Below are positions 21,901-30,217 of a stretch of DNA of 64,000 nt, piece after piece. The notes beneath the pieces are model-generated. The model saw nothing but the letters and a program-made list of their open reading frames with translations, was not told the origin of the DNA and made no database searches. Where the stretch lies: positions 32,168 to 96,167 of IMG/VR virus record IMGVR_UViG_3300025132_000023. The stretch is one strand, 5' to 3'. Source of the stretch: a virus. The position numbers were made by a program, and so were the translations under genes. How positions within the stretch are numbered: the first letter of the stretch is position 1; each line of letters starts with the position of its first letter.

Positions 21901-23935
21901 ACCACCCTCTAACTTTACTTCTCCTTCTTTAGCCTTTCTTGAACCTAATCTTGTTTGCATTTCAGGTGTAAAGTCTTTCTGCCTTTGAAGAACTTCTTTA
22001 TGTCTGTCTGCAATTGGAGTATTTGCTCTTACTGCGTCCATCCAATTTCCTTCTTCATCTTGCATTATTCCTCTACCCATTACTCGCGTTTTTTTGTTTG
22101 GGTCAACTTCTTCTCGCTTCTCACCAGAGAATACATTAGGAGGTTGAATCTTCTTTTTCTTCCTTGGACGATTCTTATCAATATTATACCAGTTCATTTG
22201 CACCACCCATTTCTGCACATTTATCCCATGCATCTACTATTTGTTGCATTCCGGGCATTCCCATGTCAGCAAACATTTCTAGTTCTTGTCTTAAATTACT
22301 ACAATTATAGTTCTTCCATTCAGAACTTTGTAATACTCCTCTTCCAATTTCTCCATATTCTCTTAATTGGTTTTCTGCTGCTTCTCTAGCGTGTTCACAA
22401 CAAAGGTCATTGTTCTCATGTGGATTATTCTTAGGTGGCCCATCTAAAATCATTCGTGCTGCTTGAGCATTATCAAGTTTTAATATTTGAATCCAAGTCA
22501 CTTCTCATCACCTTTCTTTTTTTGTTCCTCATCCCACTTTCTCTTATCTGACCTATCTAATCGCTTGCCCTTTTTACTTGGGTCTTTACCAATATACACT
22601 TGATTAGTATGTCCATCCATTCCGCTAAATCTATGGTCATCACACCATTGTGCGCCACAAGTAACACACGCCCACTCTGCTAAATTATGACATCCTCTTC
22701 CCATAGGTTGCCAAGAAGAACAAGCGTCTTTTGGGAAACTAGAAATATCAAAATCTTTCATGGTATCTTTAGCATCTTTCTTAGAAGTAAAACCTTTAAA
22801 CTTCTTTTTCTTTGGCCCATCGCCTTCTTTCTTAGGTATATTAAATTTAACTATATTTTGCCATGACATAATATTACCTCCAATCTGCTTCTTTATCAAA
22901 CGCACTTTTTTGTGATGCTGTAAGTGTTACTCCAGTATTAATAACATAGCCAATCTTGTATATTATTTTATCCCCTTTTCTAATGTTTAGAGTATTAACA
23001 TACATATGATGTTTATCATTACGAGAAGTTCTCCAAGCATAATATCTAACAATATGATACTTTTCATCAGTTGAAGATTTTGCACCTACGAACCTTTGCC
23101 TGCTTGTGCCTGTCTTTTTCTTCTTTCTTTCATAGTCGTCTTTAATATCTCTAAGAATTTCTGCTTCCCTCTCTCTAACTAGACCTATTAATTTGTTATA
23201 ATCATTATCTGCCCATCTAAATCCTTCTTTGAAATCAAAAGGAGGTACTCCGCTCTGCCATAAAGAACGTCTTTTCCACCTGCTTTCTACAAACTTCGTA
23301 AAATCAGGGTCAGCAGAACTTGTTTCTGATACTACGTCTTCTGCGGGCTTTAATGACCTACCCATTTCATCATCAAAAGGAGAAGGTTTAGCAGAGTCTG
23401 CTTTCCAAGGATTACCGTTTTTATCCAATGGGCCTAAAACTTCCTTTTTACCCATAGGAGTTACCTTAATCTTCCTTAATGCCATACAAGCAATCTCCTC
23501 TGGTATACTATCTGTATAAGTTCTATTAGTCATATACTTATTAAAGTTTGGAATATTGCTAATATTATGTTCTCTTCGCATCTCATGAAGCACTTCAGAT
23601 TCTAAACTCTTTGTTTTAGTGTTTACCTTATCAAGCAAGTTCTTTAATTCGTCCCTACAAGAATCGTCCGTGTAAACATCTAATTTGTCATCAATCATAG
23701 TTTCGTCCATAACATCTCGTTGAACTTCATCACTATCATCTAAAACATCATATTCGTGAAGTCTAGTTTTACCCCTGCCCCTGTTAACATCACTTTGATA
23801 CGCAGAAGCCCTTCTATCTTCCCAACCTATACCGTGTTCTCTAGCATAGGCTTCTGTAGCGTCTTCGCGCTCCTTTCTTTGACGCGCTTCTTCAGGCGTG
23901 AGTTTACGAGCCTTTAGGATGTCTCCCCAACTCAT
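18981..23935 (-). other. Run of about 11 small to medium hypothetical genes (18981-19202, 19199-19414, 19416-20075, 20076-20792, 20789-21100, 21114-21353, 21353-21715, 21712-22197, 22184-22501, 22498-22869, 22874-23935), nearly all starting with the W-motif
   Basis: Tightly packed or overlapping minus-strand ORFs with RBSs; starts adjusted to the M-x-W motif. Confidence 0.8.
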
Positions 23936-24520
23936 TCTTCTGCCTCGATTAATGTCTTCATAAAGTCCTTGAAAAATTTACATTCTCCGTTTGGATGTCT
24001 TGCTGCCATAATACTCCTCCTAATTGTCGCCCGGTTTAACTTATTTAACCATTAAAACTGAAAATTTGGCCCGTCATTTATTTGCCACTTGCGATTTTTC
24101 TTTTGCTCTTTTTATCCTATTCCCAGAATAAAAATAGTTTATTGTTTATTTAACTAGATAAAAACGTATTAATCTCTTGTATCTCTTTACGCGACCCGCG
24201 ATTTATTAATAGTTAATTATGCACCTTTACCTTTAGTGCGCTCTCTCTATATGACCCATGTGCGCCTACTATTTAGAATGTGACTTGACACAATTAACAT
24301 TTTAAGCCTGTTATAACTAAACAAATCATTAGAATATTAAAAGAAAAAAATCGACCCAAAGCATATGGTCATGTAAAATACATAGACCCGTCAGGAACTT
24401 CTTCCAACAACGATAGTCGTATTCAGCGTTCAATGGAGCATAATAGTGATAGCACTTATTATTGGCCTCATTCTCTGAATACTCATCGTTTGTTTACATC
24501 GTTCCATATGGTTGTCTATT

Positions 24521-25444
24521 AGGACGTATTACGGTATTACAAGGAGTAAACGCCAGCACTTGCGCGGTGTTAATAGAACTCTATTCATAAATAGAGCCTA
24601 AGCGGTAGTTCGTAGTTAACACAGCGGCAGGGTGCTTGGTCGTTTACTTCCTTGTAATACCCAAATGTCCATATAAGACATTGCCCGATAAATGGGGATA
24701 TATGCCGTTACACTAACATGAAATGTATTCACTCCGTTGCATTGGAGAGCAAGAGTAAATTCCGGGACGTTTAGACTCTTGCTTTAGCAATCCCTGCACA
24801 TTACTCTGCTCTCCAATCCTCTACGTTTACATACATTTCATTACACTACCATATGGTTACTTAGTCATGGAGTAAGGCAAGAATGTGCGTATTCAGTCAG
24901 GCTCCTAAGAGTCTGAGTCTAAATGTGGTGAATACCGCATTCTTGCCTTACTCCGAGCAAGATAATCCCATATCGGGTTCTTTTGATTTATGGTCTGTCT
25001 CAAACAGTTCAGATGCTAATCATAAACTTTTAGCAGAGACAGTACCGCTTAGGCTGAGTCTTACGACTCCCTTATGCACGCTAACTACCTCCGGCTGTTA
25101 TCGTACCGCTAAAAGATTATGTTAACATCATCACAACTCACCAGACCTTTTCTTTTTTAATTAACAACCATATGGTTTAGTAAGTGGTTGGTTTAAGGCG
25201 GGAACCTATGTAGAATGTTAAACACGGCTGTTCTTAAGAACGAGCCTAAGCGGTAGTGTTGGAAATTCTACCGGGTTCCTCGCCTTAAGCACAACCCTAC
25301 ATAACCAGACATCGGGTAACATTCGGTTAATCCCAACATTCACTCCGTAGTATCTCCTGAACGGAACCTGTATTGACATTTAGATTAACGCTTAAGCGTT
25401 CATACTTGGTTCCCTTCAGGTTATCTCACTTCGTTCATTTAACC
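24521..25444. ncRNA. Six structured hairpin elements (E1-E6) in three convergent pairs; RNA or ssDNA structure
   Basis: Long imperfect inverted repeats with an apical mini-hairpin followed by the RRYCTAARYG motif; G-T wobbles indicate the folding strand. Confidence 0.6.
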
Positions 25445-25497
25445 TCACTACCATATGGTAGGCTGTGCTTTGCTAACAGAATGCCCGATAACGGGAC

Positions 25498-25740
25498 TTA
25501 CTTCATTGTTACGATTTTACAGCAATTACCCATTTTTACTCTTAAATCGCCTAATTCCATTCCGCAGTTATTACATATCTCAATCATTATTTTTACATCC
25601 ATTAAACCAGCACCAATAGAACGAGGAATCACATTCTTTACAATCAGGAGGGAGAGTATCTCTCATTCCTCTCCCCCCTTTTTACCAATAGCATATATTC
25701 TACAAAACTCTGCATGAGCCTTTAACAAGTTCCAACTCAT
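25498..25740 (-). CDS. Three coupled micro-ORFs: 25663-25740 (25 aa), 25580-25666 (28 aa, four Cys), 25498-25587 (29 aa, four Cys)
   Basis: Translated by hand; ATGA or 8-nt overlaps; purine-rich RBS before the second. Confidence 0.55.
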
Positions 25741-26459
25741 TCTTCTTCCCCCATTACAAGTTTAGTTGTTTCTGGGGAGCATTGATATGAAGCCTCACTA
25801 ATTATCTTCGTTTCGCAATCAACAGTATGTGTTACTTCACAAGCACTTAATTCTGTAAGGGTACTTTCTACTGCCTTGCGTATTCTTAGCATCTCTGCCA
25901 ATGGGACTTGAACAACTCTATCTTCTACTGCCTTTCTATCTGTTATTGACTCCACTTCATAAGTAATCCAAAAGGTTAGAGTGTAGGTATGACCGTAATT
26001 ATCAAGTCTTGTTAACAAAGTTACGTTATCGTCATATTTCAGCATGGCTCTACCATAAAAGGACTGTGTGCCATTAGTAGGCCCAAAGTAAATACCTAGA
26101 TATGGGCCTCTTACGCGCATCCACTTATCCATAGTCTTTGTAGTCTGAACTACGGCTACATCAGTATTAATACCATAGTCTGTCAATCCCTTCTGTGCTA
26201 GTCTTGCTTGACTACTGTAATCTAACTCCATAAGGACTTGACCGTTTTCATCAGTTACTGCATAAGTAGTGGTTGTATCGTCCGTTGATTGAAAGCCGTA
26301 TAATCTAGCATCATCCTCAGGATTATCATAGTTATAGTTACTAGTCTGTGCTATGCCTCTATCATACAACATACTCTGCACCTTATTAGGGTGAAAGTTG
26401 ACTTCTGACATATCTGTATCAAAGACTATTTCCATTTTTCTCTCATAGATAGTCATCAT
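25737..26459 (-). CDS. Hypothetical protein (240 aa) inside a TIR-flanked cassette
   Basis: ORF with GGTGA RBS. Confidence 0.8.
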   Translation of the reverse strand: MMTIYERKMEIVFDTDMSEVNFHPNKVQSMLYDRGIAQTSNYNYDNPEDDARLYGFQSTDDTTTTYAVTDENGQVLMELDYSSQARLAQKGLTDYGINTDVAVVQTTKTMDKWMRVRGPYLGIYFGPTNGTQSFYGRAMLKYDDNVTLLTRLDNYGHTYTLTFWITYEVESITDRKAVEDRVVQVPLAEMLRIRKAVESTLTELSACEVTHTVDCETKIISEASYQCSPETTKLVMGEEE

Positions 26460-26659
26460 TCATCACCTATCGCTTCAACGTAGTCTGATAGTGCAGATTG
26501 CATATCAGCCATTACTTCCTTTAGGTTATCACCAGATACTCGTAGTTTGCTAATACATAGAACAAGGGCAGACCCCGATTTCATATGCTTAACTTCTAGC
26601 ACGTATTTTGGCTCAGTTATTGGTATTGTTTCATTATTCTCGTTCATCATTTGAATCAT
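26456..26659 (-). CDS. Small hypothetical protein, probably leaderless
   Basis: ATG at 26659 coincides with the AAGAATG initiator of the cassette promoter. Confidence 0.65.
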   Translation of the reverse strand: MIQMMNENNETIPITEPKYVLEVKHMKSGSALVLCISKLRVSGDNLKEVMADMQSALSDYVEAIGDE

Positions 26660-26689
26660 TCTTATGTTGGGAGATGAATATATCAGGTG
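26657..26689 (-). promoter_or_regulatory. Cassette promoter CACCTGATATATTCA-N9-ATAAGAATG
   Basis: Same motif and spacing at 27357-27389 (-) and 27812-27844 (-); variant at 29030-29064 (+). Confidence 0.65.
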
Positions 26690-26764
26690 AGTGTTAGCAA
26701 AGCACACTACCATATGGTTTGCTTTGCGTTAAACCGGAGAGGTGGAGAGGGGCGCAAAACCCAC

Positions 26765-27304
26765 CTATTCCTCCTCATCGCCTCCGATGAAGGATACCAC
26801 AGGATAACCGTTCTCATCATAAGAACCATCCCAATGGTATTTCTTTGACATATCTCCGTTTGCGTGTGCATTGAATGCCGCATTAAGGAACAATCGCTCC
26901 TTCTTCACGCCATCCTTAGCAAAGACAGTTTCACCGTCTGTTAGGGTGTTGTAAAGAACTCCACCCGACTTACCGTGGGTTCTTGCCGTAGCATAAACCG
27001 CAGGATAAACCACATCGCGTAGGCTGATGTAAAGCGTATCATTAAGGTAAAGGTCGAAGGAAGACTTCGTTGCCGTATCCATAAGGGACTTTCGGCCCTG
27101 TCCAATGGGCGAATTTGCCACATCGGTGAATACACCTACAATGCTGTTCCAATATCTCTTACGAGTGCTTGGGTTAGCATCACCGAGAGCGAACATTGAA
27201 CGCACAATCATTGCCAAATCGCTTTGGTCTGGATTAACTGCGAACCACTCTTCAAGGTCAGTTTTCTTTGTTTCCCACTTGCTGTCATCTATTTCATTAC
27301 TCAT
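26765..27304 (-). CDS. Hypothetical protein, paralog of 29111-29620
   Basis: Shares GDxNxSTR..NSI, RxHGKSxG and WDGS with the 169-aa ORF. Confidence 0.85.
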   Translation of the reverse strand: MSNEIDDSKWETKKTDLEEWFAVNPDQSDLAMIVRSMFALGDANPSTRKRYWNSIVGVFTDVANSPIGQGRKSLMDTATKSSFDLYLNDTLYISLRDVVYPAVYATARTHGKSGGVLYNTLTDGETVFAKDGVKKERLFLNAAFNAHANGDMSKKYHWDGSYDENGYPVVSFIGGDEEE

Positions 27305-27356
27305 GTTATCAATCTCCGAAAAGGTTTGATAGGTTTGCGCCCCTAAAATTCCTCTC

Positions 27357-27389
27357 CATTATTATAATTCGGTATGAACATATGAGGTG
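27357..27389 (-). promoter_or_regulatory. Cassette promoter copy
   Basis: CACCTCATATGTTCA-N9-ATAATAATG. Confidence 0.6.
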
Positions 27390-27434
27390 TGTTTAATACA
27401 AAGTAACACACCATATGGTTTTACTTTGTGTCAA

Positions 27435-27815
27435 AAACCAGACGGGAGAATTGCTCAGATTTAAACATGGGCTAAACTACCGTGATTCCATGTCTGAGGC
27501 TTACGATTCTCCGCTAAGAGTCTGAATGGGTTTTGTTTCGTGCTTTCCTAAGGCACTCTCAGACCCGACTGAGCAAATGAAGTGGATATTGGACTCTCTT
27601 TCGATTACCAATAAAGACGCATGGGCGTTAGTTCTACATATCTTTGAGTATACAGTTCTAACCCGCGCTTACCCCGTATTACCCCGCTAAGGGTGTTGTC
27701 CTGCCTTTCCTTTGTAAGAACGACTCGGTGGCCCGCTAAGGCCCAATACGGTTGCTTTACACCCTAACGATGGTGTTATTCAGCCAATCCGTGGTGACTC
27801 GCGAAGGTCACCATT
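27435..27815 (-). ncRNA. Putative ~380-nt structured non-coding RNA
   Basis: ORF-less cassette with the cassette promoter and multiple GC-rich hairpins; strand taken from the promoter. Confidence 0.45.
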
Positions 27816-27844
27816 CTTATGATTAAGGGTGAATATATCAGGTG
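27812..27844 (-). promoter_or_regulatory. Cassette promoter copy
   Basis: CACCTGATATATTCA-N9-ATAAGAATG, identical boxes to 26657-26689. Confidence 0.65.
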
Positions 27845-27883
27845 CAATTGACACAAAGTATCACACCATATGGTTTAGTAAGT

Positions 27884-28771
27884 ATGCAAGTTAAACTTGC
27901 AAAGGGAGGGAGTTAAACTCAGGTGTAAGGGCCAAAGGCCTAATCTAAATGTTGCCTGAGTGGACTCCTCAGTTTGCAAGTTTAACGCCAGCATCTACAT
28001 AACCAGATTTGAAAATCTGGTACTGGGTTATCTTGCATCGGCTAAAGGTAGACTATGAGCAGCACGAACACTAAGGCTCGTATTCTTAGGAACACGCCTT
28101 GCTGCTACTATTCTACCTTTAGACGCTGACTAAGTAACCTTAATACCATATGGTAGTAGAAAGGTCTTTTTAGTATATTGGTGCTATAAGAATAATATAT
28201 ATGTGAGTTCAAACTCAAGCCTAAGCGTTCATATAAATTATTGTAGTTGCGTGCAACTGCCCTCTTATAGTGCGAATCTAATAAAAAGCATATAGAAGTC
28301 ATCTTTTTACGCAGTAAAACGGGGCTTATTTTTGTAGGCTTTCAAGACCCCAATTTTCTCTGGTATGGTTATCTTGCTCCGAAGTGTATTCTGTTACTTG
28401 CAGCAACCACACTCAGGCTCGTAATCTTAGGACTACGACTTGCTGCAATTAACAGCATACACTCCGTTGACTAAGTAACCTAATACCATATGGTTTGATA
28501 AAGTGGTTTGCGTTTAGACGCTAGTTTACAGACGCAAAATCTACGGTCTGGTTTAGTAACAAGAGGTCACCAAAGTGACAATCTAAATGTCTCGCCAGTT
28601 AATCAACCAGAGCGTAGAGTTTGGGGCTTAAAGTAGCGTCTAAACGCATAACCCATATCATTCCCGATAAATAGGGTATGTATTCCACATAGCGAAAGCC
28701 GAAGGAGATAAACCTATGAACACTTAGGTTCTTGTTATGACAAGCCCTATGTTCACCTCCTTCAACCTCGC
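27884..28771. ncRNA. Six structured hairpin elements (E7-E12) in three convergent pairs
   Basis: Same architecture and motif as E1-E6. Confidence 0.6.
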
Positions 28772-29029
28772 AGTTCCATCATTACCATATGGTAGTATAA
28801 TTAGAATTAGATGGGTTAATCGTATCTGTTAAAGTGTAGGATTCGGAACCCGTCCCTTGTGAATCGAATTAGCGGTCACCCGTGACCCCTGACCATTTTT
28901 CTTATTTCTCGTTTTTCCAAAACGCGATAATAACCTTAACATCCTCGCAGAAAACGGCTTGTTTTTCCTTCTCGGCCTTTCAGACCCCTGAAAAACGCTA
29001 TCATTACCATATGGTTCTGCTTTGCACGG

Positions 29030-29064
29030 AACCTCTTATATATCCGATGACTGTCCCAAGAATG
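29030..29064 (+). promoter_or_regulatory. Cassette promoter variant
   Basis: ACCTCTTATATATCC...CCAAGAATG with the same TATAT-to-ATG spacing. Confidence 0.55.
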
Positions 29065-29110
29065 CCCCCGAAACTTGGGCGCGAAAGAAAATACACATAG
29101 GTGATAAAAG

Positions 29111-29620
29111 ATGGAAGATATTGAGTGGGATTCAGTAAAGATAAAAGTAAGCACTATGCTTGAAGGTAACGCGGAAGTTGGAGACATTCCAGAAGACGTT
29201 GTTACTCTAGCACAGATGCTAATAACGACTGGTGACAATAACGCTTCAACGCGTGATTCGTTGACCAACAGCATTAAGGATATGCTAAAGCCCTACGCGG
29301 GTTATCCTTGGAAGAGAGGCAATCAGGGCATTCTACCTGCCGCAGCACGCGCAGTAGTGGATTCAGCAACTGATAACATCCGAGAGGCAGCAAGAGAGTT
29401 CTTTAACTCTACTTCGCAGTATTCTCAGCCCCTTCTACGAAAGCACGGAAAGAGCAAGGGTTCCCCTGTTTACTCCGATGCTGACGAGTATGCAAACGAA
29501 CTTGCTTCAAAGGCTCGTAAGGCTGCAACACAACTCTTCAAGGATGGAGAGTGGGATGGTTCGCTATCCGGTCTTGCTGCTTGTGCGGCTTATGACGACA
29601 TAACCACGGAGGATGAGTAA
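29111..29620 (+). CDS. Hypothetical protein, paralog of 26765-27304
   Basis: GGTGA RBS; shared motifs as above. Confidence 0.85.
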   Translation: MEDIEWDSVKIKVSTMLEGNAEVGDIPEDVVTLAQMLITTGDNNASTRDSLTNSIKDMLKPYAGYPWKRGNQGILPAAARAVVDSATDNIREAAREFFNSTSQYSQPLLRKHGKSKGSPVYSDADEYANELASKARKAATQLFKDGEWDGSLSGLAACAAYDDITTEDE

Positions 29621-29659
29621 TTCTTCCTTCGTTAACCTAAGTTTCGGGGTGCAACTACC

Positions 29660-29716
29660 GGAGGGGGGAATAGGGCTTAAAGGCCTTATTTCCCTCTCCA
29701 CTTCTTTCAGGTTTTT
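29660..29716 (+). terminator. Strong hairpin plus T-rich tract after the 169-aa gene
   Basis: GGAGGGGGGAATAGGGC...GCCTTATTTCCCTCTCC followed by T-rich sequence. Confidence 0.5.
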
Positions 29717-30139
29717 GCTGGAAGCAAAGCCCAGATAAAACCATATGGTAGTGTTTGGCTTCTTAACGGAGGGGGGCCGCGAGGGGTTCCGCACCGTTTA
29801 TATGTTCTCACGAAAGGGTATGATTGCTTTCGGCATTAGCGTTCTATTAACGCAGAAAGAACCTAATCTGATAATTCCAGTATATGAAAGGACTCAGATT
29901 TATGGTGTAAAAAGTTACTGCCGTTAAAGAGTGGGGAAATTAATAGTGGACAATGAGGCTTATATGTATAATATATCCATTATGTATATACATATCCATA
30001 TGCCATATCCTATATGATATGATAAGGGAGTCAATTTCTACAACTCATCCCCCCAAAAGTAGGCATGATATGTCATGTTTCTATTATTCTAGTGGGGGTA
30101 GAATAATGAAGTGGACATGATGTGTTAGGATATAAGTAA

Positions 30140-30217
30140 TAAGTTAATATATTATATATTATTATATTATTATTATTATTATTATACTCTCTTACTACTC
30201 CTCCTCCTCCTCCTCCT
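30140..30217. repeat. AT-rich tract with (ATT)n and (CCT)n microsatellites
   Basis: Directly visible tandem triplets. Confidence 0.85.

Larger units (their letters stand above)
24360..29749. repeat. Dispersed palindromic repeat ACCATATGGT: 11 perfect and 2 one-mismatch copies
   Basis: Perfect at 24848, 25167, 25450, 26709, 27410, 27865, 28145, 28485, 28784, 29006, 29740; variants at 24360 and 24503. Confidence 0.95.

Noticed and set aside
840-23519. Plus-strand ORFs in the left arm (and minus-strand ORFs at 30.6-62.5 kb)
   Set aside because: Antisense shadows of longer, RBS-bearing, tightly packed genes
24521-28771. Hammerhead ribozymes or C/D box sRNAs
   Set aside because: No consistent CUGANGA/GAAA core or RUGAUGA/CUGA boxes across the elements
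24360-29749. CRISPR array or TIGR-like guide array
   Set aside because: The repeat is only 10-14 bp and intervals are 143-1259 bp, structured and irregular; no cas operon or Nop-domain gene is evident
24360-29749. Integron (attC cassettes) or IS/MITE assignment
   Set aside because: No tyrosine/serine recombinase or transposase recognised in the window and no consistent RYYYAAC/GTTRRRY ends; kept only as an analogy
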